A DNA stretch of 38,869 bases from an uncultured Ruminococcus sp. (GCA_964505695.1 CAZDJG010000001.1:1-38869), one strand, 5' to 3'; counted from the stretch's first letter, positions 18,526-28,457 are shown. The notes: generated by a model not told the origin, from the sequence alone. A program made the numbers and translations.

Positions 18526-20123
18526 AATTTAGCCTCCTTGTTATAGAATATCTGCGGATTTTGTTCAATGTCGGTTTCGGAACCTTCCGTGTCCGAACCC
18601 CAAAAAACGAACCGCCTGCCCTCCGAGCCGGAATTTCTTCCGCCTGCGGAATTTGCCTCGCCGCCGTACTGACCGTACGAACCTGCGTCGGGGCTTTCGT
18701 GTGTCACGATCTGTTCGGTGACAGTCATTTCCCTGAGCCTTGAACCGCCTGCCGCAACAGCCTCCGCCAAAGCAGACGCCTTGTCGCCGATAAGCCTTGC
18801 CGCCTCGGATCGATCAGCCGCAAAAGCAATTTTCAGACCATCGTCCGTGTTTCTGATCTTTATTTCAAGATCGCCCAGTTCTTCGGGAGAAAGCCTTATA
18901 GTAAGCTCCTTTTCCGAGCCTGCCGGAAGATTTCCGGAATCGGTATAAAGCATTACCCTGCTGATTATCTGCTCCGTAATGTCCGTTTCTTCGGTAAGTG
19001 CCGATGTTTCATCGGAAACAGATATCTGTGCGGACGATGTCACTTCGGGCAGGATCGCTGCCGCATTAACACCGGCGTTCTCCTCCTGTGCGGACTGCAC
19101 ATCGAAAGGTCTGTTCACCCTTGCCATGACCGACTGTCTGCCGACTGCAAACATCTGAGTATGGAAATCCGCTCCCTTTTCAGAAGAGTCGGAAACTACT
19201 GCCTGCACATCAGCAGGAATTTTGCCGTTTTCAGTGCCTGCGGGTACTTCCGCTTTAAGCTCCTTGGCCATCTGCCTGATAAAGTCTGTGACCTTTTCGG
19301 GCAAAGCAGCGTCATCGGTAACGTTTTCGGGAGATAATTCCCGTAAAGTTTCAGCGATCTTTACAGTCTGATGCTCTTTTTCCCCCTCAGCAGCGCTTAC
19401 GGCAGCAGCTATGTCCGATGCGTCAGCCTTTTCGGTGATCTCTGTTTCGGGAGATATCTGAATGATCTGCATCATCATCGCCGCAGCGGAAAGGTCGGTT
19501 TTGTCCGTTTCGGACTTGGCCTTCTTTTCGCTTTTGGGGCTGCAAAGCTTTACGACAGCCGAAACAAGTTCAAAAGCCTTATCTTCGGGAGATTCCTGTG
19601 CAGCATCGGCAGTTTTTTCAAGCAGCTCAGCCCAAAGGGATTTTTCGCTGCCCGGAACGTCCTTCCACATTTTGCGTATATCCTCGCATAAGCTGTCGGC
19701 TTCGCCCCCTGTGACGGTCAGATCAGCGTCCGGCTTCTCGTCTGCGGCAATATCCGCCGTATTATCGGGAGCTTTGCTCTTGACAAGAAATTTGTACAGC
19801 GAAGCGGCAAAAGCAGCCTTCCCTTTTTCCGAAAAAGCTTCCGGAAGTGCTGTATCGGCGTTTGCGTCCTCATCTGTCACAGACATTATCGCCTGAACAG
19901 CCTGCGATAAAATGTCGGCAGTCATATCGGTGGTTTCCGCCGGAGCATCTTCCGCGCCCTGCAAAACCGTCGGAACCGAAACCGTTTCCGAATTTCCCAT
20001 GACCATACCGAGTATCTCTCCGAAGCTTGCCGAAATCTCTTCACCGGCAACTCCGTCTGCCTGACCGAAGAAAAGCTGTTTTCCAGGCAGTCCTGTAAGT
20101 CCGGGCATGATAAACTCGCTCAT
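18510..20123 (-). CDS. fliK: Hook-length control protein FliK (537 aa)
   Basis: Low-complexity acidic N-terminus; C-terminal LTIRLSPEELGDLEIKI domain; AGGAGG RBS before ATG 20123. Confidence 0.88.
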   Translation of the reverse strand: MSEFIMPGLTGLPGKQLFFGQADGVAGEEISASFGEILGMVMGNSETVSVPTVLQGAEDAPAETTDMTADILSQAVQAIMSVTDEDANADTALPEAFSEKGKAAFAASLYKFLVKSKAPDNTADIAADEKPDADLTVTGGEADSLCEDIRKMWKDVPGSEKSLWAELLEKTADAAQESPEDKAFELVSAVVKLCSPKSEKKAKSETDKTDLSAAAMMMQIIQISPETEITEKADASDIAAAVSAAEGEKEHQTVKIAETLRELSPENVTDDAALPEKVTDFIRQMAKELKAEVPAGTENGKIPADVQAVVSDSSEKGADFHTQMFAVGRQSVMARVNRPFDVQSAQEENAGVNAAAILPEVTSSAQISVSDETSALTEETDITEQIISRVMLYTDSGNLPAGSEKELTIRLSPEELGDLEIKIRNTDDGLKIAFAADRSEAARLIGDKASALAEAVAAGGSRLREMTVTEQIVTHESPDAGSYGQYGGEANSAGGRNSGSEGRRFVFWGSDTEGSETDIEQNPQIFYNKEAKLWVSA

Positions 20124-20200
20124 TTTTCTCCTCCTTTCATATAAAATATTTATCTCATCGCAAAAGCCGTCCGAGATCAAACGGCAGTGCGGTGCGACCT

Positions 20201-20659
20201 TTAAACCACTTCTGCCAGAGAAGCCCTTACAGACGCGCCGTTTACATATTCCTCAATAAACTGTTCGTCTGCCTTGTTAGCCCTGAACTTGTAATCCTCA
20301 AGCTGTTTTTCCTCCAGCTTTTCAAGACTTTTGACCTCCTTTGACGCCTCGGTAACAACTCCCGTCTGTTTTTCAACGGCAGCCTCAAGATCAGCGATCT
20401 CACGCTCGGTATCCCTTATCCTGATCCTCAGCGACTCGTGATATGCGGAAAAGCAAGCCATTTCCATAGGTGAAACACCCTGCTGCGCTTTGATATTAAA
20501 ATTATCCTGTGTTTTCTTCAGCTCGTCCTCAAGCATGAGCTTTGCGTCCTCCGCCTCAGCTCTGCTGAGATTAAGAGCCGCAAGATCGTTTTTTTCCTTT
20601 TCAAGCACCTGTCCTTTATAGTCGAGGAGCTTATTCAGTGTAAACTGAAACTTTTTCAA
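20201..20659 (-). CDS. fliJ: Flagellar export chaperone FliJ (TTG start)
   Basis: KKFQFTLNKLL, coiled coil, LEKLEEK; follows fliI. Confidence 0.92.
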   Translation of the reverse strand: MKKFQFTLNKLLDYKGQVLEKEKNDLAALNLSRAEAEDAKLMLEDELKKTQDNFNIKAQQGVSPMEMACFSAYHESLRIRIRDTEREIADLEAAVEKQTGVVTEASKEVKSLEKLEEKQLEDYKFRANKADEQFIEEYVNGASVRASLAEVV

Positions 20660-20671
20660 GAAAAAACCTCC

Positions 20672-21979
20672 TTAGCTTACTGCCTCTTTCATCATTTTTA
20701 CCGTATCCTCAAAGCTGTACGCTTCATCGGTAGCCTGCTGAAGAAAGGCATTTATGCGGTCGATTTTTCTCAGCGCCTCGTCAAGCGCACGGTTTGTACC
20801 CTTTTTGTATGCGCCGATAGAAACAAGATCCGCGTTTGCGTAATAGGTCGACAGCAGATTTCTCATTTTAGCCGCAGCGTCCTTCTGATCCTTGGGAGCG
20901 ATCTCCGACATAAGACGGGAAACCGATTCGAGAACCTCGATAGCGGGATAATGATTTCTTGCCGCAACCTTTCTTGACAGAATGATGTGACCGTCAATGA
21001 TACCTCTTACAGTATCGGAAATAGGCTCGTTGGTGTCATCGCCCTCAACGAGCACGGTATATATTCCGGTAATGGAACCCTTTTCAAAATTGCCTGCCCG
21101 TTCAAGGAGCTTCGGCATTGCAGTGTAGATAGAGGGCGTATAGCCTCTCGCAATGGGAGCCTCGCCTGTGGCAAGACCTATTTCACGCTGCGCCATGGCA
21201 TATCTTGTCAGAGAATCCATCATCAGCAGAACGTTTTTCCCCTGATCCTTGAAATATTCGGCAATAGCAGTTGCGGTCATGGGGCATTTGTTTCTCATCA
21301 TAGAGGGCTGGTCGGAGGTAGCGACCACAAGCACGGACCTTGCCATGCCCTTCGGACCCAGATCCCTTTGTATAAACTCCAGAACCTCTCTGCCTCTCTC
21401 ACCCACAAGGGCGATCACATTGATATCCGCCTGGACCTCTCTTGCGATCATGCCCAGAAGTGTTGATTTGCCCACACCCGATCCTGCAAAAATGCCCATT
21501 CTCTGACCTCTGCCTATGGTCAGCAGACCGTCTATAGCCTTTACGCCGAAAGGGATTATATCGTGTATCGCAGGGCGTGTCAGGGGATTTACAGGCTCGC
21601 CCGCAATAGAATAGGTTTCCATGGTTTTTATGGGCGCTCCGCCGTCGATAGGTTCTCCCACAGCGTTTATTACCCTGCCGATAAGGCAGTCGCCCACACC
21701 GACCTTCAGCTTATCGCCGGTATTATCCACCACCGAACCGGGACCTATGCCCTCGATATCGGTATAGGGCATAAGCATTACCGTTCCGTGACGGAAACCG
21801 ACGACCTCGGCAAAAATAAATTCACCGCTTCTGCCTTTTTTGTATATGCGGCAAACGTCGCCGATATTACAGACAGGGCCGCTTGCTTCTATGGTCATGC
21901 CTATGATCTTCTCGATCTTGCCCTGAAAACGGTACAGATCGGCAGTTCTTACAGCGCCTCTCACCGCAGCAAAATCCAA
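20672..21979 (-). CDS. fliI: Flagellar export ATPase FliI (TTG start)
   Basis: GQRMGIFAGSGVGKSTLLG, GERGREV, MDSLTRYAMAQREIGL. Confidence 0.98.
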   Translation of the reverse strand: MDFAAVRGAVRTADLYRFQGKIEKIIGMTIEASGPVCNIGDVCRIYKKGRSGEFIFAEVVGFRHGTVMLMPYTDIEGIGPGSVVDNTGDKLKVGVGDCLIGRVINAVGEPIDGGAPIKTMETYSIAGEPVNPLTRPAIHDIIPFGVKAIDGLLTIGRGQRMGIFAGSGVGKSTLLGMIAREVQADINVIALVGERGREVLEFIQRDLGPKGMARSVLVVATSDQPSMMRNKCPMTATAIAEYFKDQGKNVLLMMDSLTRYAMAQREIGLATGEAPIARGYTPSIYTAMPKLLERAGNFEKGSITGIYTVLVEGDDTNEPISDTVRGIIDGHIILSRKVAARNHYPAIEVLESVSRLMSEIAPKDQKDAAAKMRNLLSTYYANADLVSIGAYKKGTNRALDEALRKIDRINAFLQQATDEAYSFEDTVKMMKEAVS

Positions 21980-21999
21980 GTTATCCAGTCCTTTCCAGA

Positions 22000-22908
22000 T
22001 CAGCCGCCGCCTGTTTCATCTTCGCTGCCGTCGGCGTCACCCTTTGAATTCTTCATGATCTCCTTAAGAAATTCAAGCTGAGTTGGGATAGACGCATCGA
22101 CAATTTCCGAGCCGTTGTCGAGAACGATCGTTCCCTCGGGAGCGTCCCCGGCGTTCAGCTCCTCCACTTCGATTTCGGGGATAAAGGAGATAAGGGAGCT
22201 TACAAATTCCTTGTCCGTGACAAACTCCCTCGATGCCTCGCCCTCTGCCAGCGAAATTTTCAGATAATCGGAATTTCTGAAATTCTTTGCGGCGTTTGCG
22301 GCAATTTTATCAATAATATGGGGATCGGTCTTTATTTCCGACAGAGTTATTTTCTTCACCATGTCCAAGACCGTTTCCATAAGCTCGTATTCGTGAGAAA
22401 TGTAATAGGTTTCCTTTTTGGCGTTTATTTCGCCGATTAGCCTTGCGGCAGCTTCAAGATACTTTCCGCAGGTTTCCACGGCATCGTTTTTTCCTGCCTC
22501 AAAGCCTGCTTCAAAGCCCTCTCTGCGGGCAGTCTCCTTCAGCCTTGCGCATTCCTCCTCAGCAGCCTCAAAGACCGCCCTGGTTTTGGCTTTGGCGTCC
22601 TCGATCATTCTTTCCGCATTGGCATTGCCCGATTCTATGATCCGCCTGTACTCAGCATCGATCTGCCTTCTCTTTGCGGAGATTATCTCGTTTGAACGTG
22701 CGGTAACAGCTTCGTTGAAGCGTTTTGCGTCCGCCTCGGCCTTTTGTTTTTTTTCAAGCTCCATCCTTGCGGCGATCTCCTCGGGGGTAGGCTTGTTTAC
22801 AGTTTCCTCCTCCGAAGTATCATTTGCAGGCGCCGGTTCAGGCTCGCATAAGGATACAGGCTTTGAGTTATCGAAATTATATACTCTTGATTTAACGATT
22901 TTAAGCAA
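22000..22908 (-). CDS. fliH: Flagellar assembly protein FliH (TTG start)
   Basis: AxxxGxxxGxxxG repeat (ARREGFEAGFEAG), C-terminal VDASIPTQL; between fliG and fliI. Confidence 0.88.
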   Translation of the reverse strand: MLKIVKSRVYNFDNSKPVSLCEPEPAPANDTSEEETVNKPTPEEIAARMELEKKQKAEADAKRFNEAVTARSNEIISAKRRQIDAEYRRIIESGNANAERMIEDAKAKTRAVFEAAEEECARLKETARREGFEAGFEAGKNDAVETCGKYLEAAARLIGEINAKKETYYISHEYELMETVLDMVKKITLSEIKTDPHIIDKIAANAAKNFRNSDYLKISLAEGEASREFVTDKEFVSSLISFIPEIEVEELNAGDAPEGTIVLDNGSEIVDASIPTQLEFLKEIMKNSKGDADGSEDETGGG

Positions 22909-23911
22909 TTATCTCATCATCTCCGCCCTTACCGATAACAAGTTCGCCCTCTTCTTCGAGGTGACGGATAATGCCGACGATCCTCTGCTGAGCCTCCTCG
23001 ACGTCACGCATACGGATATTATGCAGATATTCGATCTCCTGCTGGATAGTTTCCTGCATTCTCTGAGGCATATTTGCATAAAGAGTAGCGGCAACCTCTT
23101 CGTTGGAACCCTTGATGGCAACAGCAAGATCCTTTGTATCGCACTCTCTGATAAATCTCTGAATGGACATGGAATCGAGGGTGAGGATATCCTCGAAAAC
23201 GAACATTTTCTTCTTGATCTCGTCCACCAGAGCGGGATCCCTGACAGACAGCTCGTCGAAGATGTACTTTTCCGTAGAACGGTCGACCTTGTTGAGGATA
23301 TCCGCAACGGTGTTTATGCCGCCGATCTCCGTAGAATCCATGGAAACAACGGATGCGAATTTCCTTTCAAGAGTAGCCTCCACCACTTTGACAGTATCCG
23401 GAGAGGCGGAATCCATCTTGGCGATCCTTTCGATGACCTCGACTCTTTTTTCCTTTGGCAGCTCACTGAGAACGGCGGACGCCTGTTCCGAGCTTGCGTA
23501 GGAAAGTATAAGAGCAATAGTCTGGGGATATTCGTTCTGCACAATTGCGAGCAGATTTTTGTAGTCGGATTTTCTGATAAACTCGAAGGATCTCGACTGC
23601 ATGGAGCGGTTTATCTTCTCCATCAGCTTCATTGCGGCTTCCTGACCGAACGCCTTTGTCAGAACGTCCTTTGCATATTCAACTCCGCCGTCGGTGATGA
23701 CCTTCTGTGTAAGGCAGAGCTCGTAAAATTCATTAAGTACGGAATCCACCGTTGCAGCCTCAAGATAAGGAAGACTTGAAACGTCGAATGTGATCGCCTC
23801 GACCTCTTCATTATTAAGGTGCTTGTAAACATAAGCGGCGTTTTCCGCGCCAAGCGCCGTAATGACCACAGCCGCTTTCTGCTTCGGCGTAAGCTCAAGC
23901 AAATCGCTCAA
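22901..23911 (-). CDS. fliG: Flagellar motor switch protein FliG (TTG start)
   Basis: QKAAV, GGVEYA, EYPQTIALILSY, MFVFED, RDVEEAQQRI. Confidence 0.98.
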   Translation of the reverse strand: MSDLLELTPKQKAAVVITALGAENAAYVYKHLNNEEVEAITFDVSSLPYLEAATVDSVLNEFYELCLTQKVITDGGVEYAKDVLTKAFGQEAAMKLMEKINRSMQSRSFEFIRKSDYKNLLAIVQNEYPQTIALILSYASSEQASAVLSELPKEKRVEVIERIAKMDSASPDTVKVVEATLERKFASVVSMDSTEIGGINTVADILNKVDRSTEKYIFDELSVRDPALVDEIKKKMFVFEDILTLDSMSIQRFIRECDTKDLAVAIKGSNEEVAATLYANMPQRMQETIQQEIEYLHNIRMRDVEEAQQRIVGIIRHLEEEGELVIGKGGDDEIIA

Positions 23912-23941
23912 AAAATATCATTCCTTTCGGGGAGGATAGGA

Positions 23942-25564
23942 TCACTTGCCTTCGTCCTCGTCTTTCATCCAGCTTCTGAGGAGCTGAGCAACGATCTCCG
24001 GACTGTGACGGGCAAATTCGGAAAGCTCTCTTCTGATGAGAACCTCCTTTGTTTCCACGCCGCCGTCATCTGTAAGGCTTACGATCTCAACGGGAGCTTC
24101 GTTTTCGCCGCCCAATGTATAGAAGCTGTCCACAAGGGGTTCTCCGTCCGCAGGACCGTGCTTTTCGAGAAGAGTCTTTTCAAAGCGCATTCTCTTTTTC
24201 TTGTTTCTGCTGCCGAGACTCGCAAGAATAATAATAAGTATAAGCAGTATGCCGAGCAGTATTGCTCCGAGGAGAACAAGCTGATCGAGAGTAAGACCGA
24301 ACAGGAATGTCTTTGCTTCTGCGGGAACGGATTCGTCGAACTTCTGAAGATTCGTGACGGAAACCACTTCCTCCGCAAGGTCGGGGTTCACCGTGCCTGC
24401 GTTTGCCACAAGGTTTACCAGAGCCTGTCTTGTGGTATCGGGAAGATAATCGGTGTAGATGACAACGGAAATAGAAAGTCCGTCGATAACATAGCCCGCT
24501 TTTTCCACCTGCTCCTTGTAGGTGTTTACGAGATAAGTGTTTGAAACGGAATTTTCCGACCACTGTCCGTCGTTGCCCGTCACTCCCTCGGGGTAGGTGT
24601 CGTCGGCGTTTGTTTCAACGCCGACGACACCGCCCTCAACGGTGGCATAGCCTGTTGCCTGCTCGGCGTCGGTATGTGAGAGCATACCTCTCTCATCGTT
24701 GGTTGAAGGAGTGTATACTGTATTTTCGGAAACCTTTGCGTCAAAGTTCAGCACCATGTTTACGGCTGAGGAAAATCCGTCCTCACCGTATGCGGGAGCA
24801 AGGAGAGCGTCGATCTTTTCTTTTATCTGAGTTTCAAGGTCGGTCTTGAACTTGAGCTTTTTCGTTTCCTGTGCGATAACGTCCGCAGGGGTGTCCTCCG
24901 GAACAAGAAGCATACCGTAATTATCAACGAGGGAAATGTTTTCCTCATCTACTCCCGTGGAGGACATGATAAGGTAAGTCATTCCCTCTATCTGCTCGTT
25001 GGTAAGCTTCGCGTCGGAGTCCTCAAGATATATCGTTGCGGAAGCGGAGGATACCTGCCTGTTTTCTTCAATGACGGTATTTTTTCTTTCGGGAAGATTA
25101 AGGGTGACTACTGCGTCCCTTACGCCCTCAAAGCTTGCAAGAACGGCGGAAAGACGTTCCTCCATGGCTATCCTTGCATATTCTTTTTTTTCGGATTCGG
25201 TGGTGAACATCCCCACATTTTCGGTATATGTATCATATGTAAGCTGGGATTTGGGGTATTTCTGCATTGCAAGCGTCATTGCAATGGTATTTTCCGTACC
25301 CTTCGGAACGATTATAGTTCCTCCCGACTTCAATGTGCATTCGTAGCCCGCTTCTTCGATAAGACGGACTATCTGCGATGCTTCAGTCGTCTCAAGACCC
25401 TCATAGAGGGTAACGTATTCCTTGCGGTTGAGCAGTATGACCGCCACTGCCGCAATGACTATGACAAGGGCAAGACCGCCTATGTAAATTATCCGTGTCT
25501 TTTTGCTCTGTCTCCCCCAAAATTCCTTTACAGTGGTTATGGTCTTTTGAACCTTTTCATTCAT
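23942..25564 (-). CDS. fliF: MS-ring protein FliF
   Basis: Two TM helices flanking a ring domain; SASATI; C-terminal PEIVAQLLRSWM. Confidence 0.95.
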   Translation of the reverse strand: MNEKVQKTITTVKEFWGRQSKKTRIIYIGGLALVIVIAAVAVILLNRKEYVTLYEGLETTEASQIVRLIEEAGYECTLKSGGTIIVPKGTENTIAMTLAMQKYPKSQLTYDTYTENVGMFTTESEKKEYARIAMEERLSAVLASFEGVRDAVVTLNLPERKNTVIEENRQVSSASATIYLEDSDAKLTNEQIEGMTYLIMSSTGVDEENISLVDNYGMLLVPEDTPADVIAQETKKLKFKTDLETQIKEKIDALLAPAYGEDGFSSAVNMVLNFDAKVSENTVYTPSTNDERGMLSHTDAEQATGYATVEGGVVGVETNADDTYPEGVTGNDGQWSENSVSNTYLVNTYKEQVEKAGYVIDGLSISVVIYTDYLPDTTRQALVNLVANAGTVNPDLAEEVVSVTNLQKFDESVPAEAKTFLFGLTLDQLVLLGAILLGILLILIIILASLGSRNKKKRMRFEKTLLEKHGPADGEPLVDSFYTLGGENEAPVEIVSLTDDGGVETKEVLIRRELSEFARHSPEIVAQLLRSWMKDEDEGK

Positions 25565-25601
25565 TCCGTGTATTTTCCCTTCCTAAGAACCTGTACGGCT
25601 A

Positions 25602-25913
25602 TTACATACTCATCTGCATGATCTCGTTATAGCTCTGCTGACAGGTATCCTTGATGGCAACAAAGGTCTCAATGGCAACCTGCGCCTTGGTCATGTTATC
25701 ATAAACGGTATGCAGATCGTCTATCTCGCCCATTACGAGCTTCGCTGCGTCCTCGTTTACAGTCTGCTGTGTCTCGGTGACGTCGTTTATGACTTCCTTG
25801 AAAACATCTCTGAACGAAGGGGAAGGCTCTGTCTGCTCGGTCAGGTCGGTGCTTTCGTTCTGGGAAAGGATATTAAGAGGGGTGATTCCTGTGCTGATAG
25901 GTACAATAAACAT
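25602..25913 (-). CDS. fliE: Hook-basal body protein FliE
   Basis: GEIDDLH, YNEIMQMSM C-terminus. Confidence 0.93.
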   Translation of the reverse strand: MFIVPISTGITPLNILSQNESTDLTEQTEPSPSFRDVFKEVINDVTETQQTVNEDAAKLVMGEIDDLHTVYDNMTKAQVAIETFVAIKDTCQQSYNEIMQMSM

Positions 25914-25959
25914 TTTATATCTGACCTTTCTTTATCTGTATCTGTTATGGACTATGCGA

Positions 25960-26445
25960 TCAGTTTCCCCTGAGCTCCATAGCCTTTGTGAGCATCGCCT
26001 TGACCGCTTGAAACGCGGAGGCGTTTGCCTCGTATGCTCTCTGGGCAGCCATCAGATCTATCTGCTCCTTTGTGTTATCAACATTTGTCTGATAAACGTA
26101 GCCGTCCTCGTCGGCAAGGGGGTTGTCGGGATCGTAAACAGGAGTCATGGGAGCGTCATCGTCAATAACGGCTGTGACCTCCACACCCGCATTCCTGTAT
26201 TTATCAAGATTTCCTCTGTAATACACGCCGCGCTTATGGTCGGATTCCTCGACGGTGGTGTATTTGCTCAGAACGCCCGCAAAGTCCTTTTTCTCGGTAA
26301 AGACAGTAAGCTGGCGGCAGTAAGGCTCGCCTGTTGAGGTATTGTAGGAATCCTGATTTGCGATATTCTGCGTAATAATATCCGCTCTGAGCCGCTGAGC
26401 GGAAAGAGCCGAGCTGCTTATATCGAGAGAATTAAGGAAAGACAT
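25960..26445 (-). CDS. flgC: Basal-body rod protein FlgC
   Basis: SALSAQRLR, NIAN, YDPDNPLADEDGYV, AQRAYEAN. Confidence 0.97.
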   Translation of the reverse strand: MSFLNSLDISSSALSAQRLRADIITQNIANQDSYNTSTGEPYCRQLTVFTEKKDFAGVLSKYTTVEESDHKRGVYYRGNLDKYRNAGVEVTAVIDDDAPMTPVYDPDNPLADEDGYVYQTNVDNTKEQIDLMAAQRAYEANASAFQAVKAMLTKAMELRGN

Positions 26446-26463
26446 ATGATCCCGCTCCTTTCA

Positions 26464-26889
26464 TTATTTGCCTATGGCAGTTCTTATCATGGCATACTGG
26501 CTGTTGAGATAATCTATCATAGTACTGTACTGATACTGGACATCGGCAAGCTCGGAGGCTTCCTTTTCCATATCCACGTTATTGCCGTTGAGGATCTGTC
26601 TTGTATCGGTCTCATAGGTAGTCTTGACCCACAGGGAACCGTCCCTGTATATTCCTTTTGAAACATCCTCGTCATTTTCTTCTGCCTTGTCATCGTAAGG
26701 GCAGTCCTTATAGCCATGGTAGGGACATTCCATTTTTTCTTTCAGCACCAGACCGAAGCTGACAGTTTTCGCTTTGTAGTCGGGAGTGCTGACGTTAGCG
26801 ATATTTTGACTTATGACCTGCTGCTTATACCAGGCAGCGTCAAGACCTGCTTCGGTCAGGGTAAAGGCTGCTCCGTCGAAAAGACTCAT
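26464..26889 (-). CDS. flgB: Basal-body rod protein FlgB (141 aa)
   Basis: QQVISQNIANVSTPDYKAK, GNNVDMEKE; start at the ATG after an AAAGGAAG RBS. Confidence 0.95.
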   Translation of the reverse strand: MSLFDGAAFTLTEAGLDAAWYKQQVISQNIANVSTPDYKAKTVSFGLVLKEKMECPYHGYKDCPYDDKAEENDEDVSKGIYRDGSLWVKTTYETDTRQILNGNNVDMEKEASELADVQYQYSTMIDYLNSQYAMIRTAIGK

Positions 26890-26978
26890 AAATAACTTCC
26901 TTTCGTTTTGCATTTAAAGACAACACGGGTTTTGCCCTGATTTAAAAAGAGCATAAATAAATACCTACTCTTATAATA

Positions 26979-27007
26979 ATTATATAGCAAAGCCAAAAAA
27001 ATTACAA
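26979..27007 (-). promoter_or_regulatory. sigmaA promoter of the flgB operon
   Basis: TTGTAA-17 nt-TATAAT on the minus strand. Confidence 0.65.
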
Positions 27008-27130
27008 TAGCTTTACGAAAAAAAAGCATTTCTTTCCGCCAATTTTTTTCATAAAAATATATTTATTTTCTATAAAATTGCCAACACTTTGATAAAAACG
27101 TAAAAAACTTGCGCAATATGAATGCAATTT

Positions 27131-27147
27131 TTGTATAAATTCAACAA
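27131..27147. promoter_or_regulatory. 17-bp TTGT-N9-ACAA candidate operator
   Basis: TTGTATAAATTCAACAA, near-identical to the copy at 13561-13577. Confidence 0.5.
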
Positions 27148-27190
27148 TATAATACAATTCGGATATTACAAAAAAAATATACTAAACGTT

Positions 27191-27225
27191 TACAAATTAA
27201 ACAGCCGCACTTAATAAAGTGCGGC
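27191..27225 (-). terminator. Intrinsic terminator of the 3D-domain gene
   Basis: GCCGCACTT-AATA-AAGTGCGGC 9-bp stem, then TGTTTAATTT on the minus strand. Confidence 0.75.
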
Positions 27226-27242
27226 ATTGAGTTTAAAAAATA

Positions 27243-28259
27243 TTATTCATTTTCGCCTGTTCTGAGGATATATACGGTAACATCCTTTCGTCCCCACTGT
27301 ATGCAGTCGTCGTATTCGTCCATAAAAAGATCGACGATAATATGACCCTCTCTTACGGAATAGCCCGTATCTGCTGCAATAGCATATCCGTAAACCTCAC
27401 CGTCCTCAGCGATTATGTAAAGCTCGGAGCCGTAAGGGATAATGTCGGGATCGACAGCCACATACCCCTGGAAAACCTCCTTGCCCGTTGACATAAGCGC
27501 ATCGGGTTCTGCGGTATATGCACAGGACTCACCCTCTATAGCCTTATCGTATTCAAGGGGAATACCGTTTTCGTCAAGCCTGAGCCAGTCCGGAACTTTG
27601 AATTTTGAGATGCCGTATGCTTCGCCCTGATCGGACTCGTCATCTGCGAAGATCTCCTCGCCGTCCGTTATGGCTTCTCCGTCCGCTTCGTCCCACTCCG
27701 CTTCGTCCTCCTCTGCGCCGGTATCGTCCCCGTCCTGCTCCTCAGCGTTCATGTTTCCATCGTAAGGCGTCCGTGTTTCGTAATAAAGATCGTAGATGCT
27801 ATAATCCTCATATGCATCATCTCTGTAAGGAGACATTTCGGGTTCGACCGCCCTTACGCTTCCCTTTTCGGAGGATCTTGCGAACAATTCATCGACGCTT
27901 GCCCTTATACCCGTATCGGAAACCAAGGCATCCGACGTGTTTACTCCCTCGCAGTCCGAATCGTCGTTTCCCTTTGAATATGCTGCGGACGATACATTTA
28001 CCGTTCTTTTAAAGGAAGCTGCTGCAAACACATCAAGGTCTCTTGATACAAAGCGCTCCCCGTCACTGTGCGTATCAGAACCGCTGACAGTAACGGCGTC
28101 CGCGCAGACCTTTTCGGTCAGATCCTCGGAATCTGCCGCAGCAGAACCGATAACCGCGCACAAAACAAACGCAGCAGCCGCTCCTGCCGCAATATATCTC
28201 CGGGCGGAGAACAGCTTGTTTTTATCATTCTCCGATTTAAAATCAATAAATCTGTTCAT
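27243..28259 (-). CDS. Secreted or membrane-anchored 3D-domain (MltA-like) cell-wall hydrolase, 338 aa
   Basis: N-terminal hydrophobic segment, acidic linker, C-terminal AYT...VAVDPDIIPYGS...AADTG...VDLF...WGRK; AAGGAG RBS before ATG 28259. Confidence 0.88.
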   Translation of the reverse strand: MNRFIDFKSENDKNKLFSARRYIAAGAAAAFVLCAVIGSAAADSEDLTEKVCADAVTVSGSDTHSDGERFVSRDLDVFAAASFKRTVNVSSAAYSKGNDDSDCEGVNTSDALVSDTGIRASVDELFARSSEKGSVRAVEPEMSPYRDDAYEDYSIYDLYYETRTPYDGNMNAEEQDGDDTGAEEDEAEWDEADGEAITDGEEIFADDESDQGEAYGISKFKVPDWLRLDENGIPLEYDKAIEGESCAYTAEPDALMSTGKEVFQGYVAVDPDIIPYGSELYIIAEDGEVYGYAIAADTGYSVREGHIIVDLFMDEYDDCIQWGRKDVTVYILRTGENE

Positions 28260-28428
28260 AAAAAACTCCTTAAATACCGGCACTTGCCCGGTGCCGAAAA
28301 TTACCACCTTTATTAAATTACACAGCGCAATTTACGGAAAGTTTAAAAGCCTCCCCCGTTTGAATTTTCATAACTTCCCTGTGTCAGTGAAAAGTATCAA
28401 AACGGTTACAACGCTTAATGCACTTGTA

Positions 28429-28457
28429 ATTATAACGTAATTTATGTTTTATGTCAA
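28429..28457 (-). promoter_or_regulatory. Consensus sigmaA promoter of the 3D-domain gene
   Basis: TTGACA-17 nt-TATAAT, perfect match. Confidence 0.85.

Noticed and set aside
22418-23779. 453-aa plus-strand ORF
   Set aside because: Antisense shadow of fliG/fliH
26890-27240. c-di-GMP riboswitch or invertible flagellar switch upstream of flgB, as in C. difficile
   Set aside because: Very AT-rich; no GEMM motif, no flanking inverted repeats and no recombinase visible
28260-28425. c-di-AMP (ydaO) or c-di-GMP riboswitch before the 3D gene
   Set aside because: Only an isolated CGGGGGA; the other consensus blocks were not found by eye
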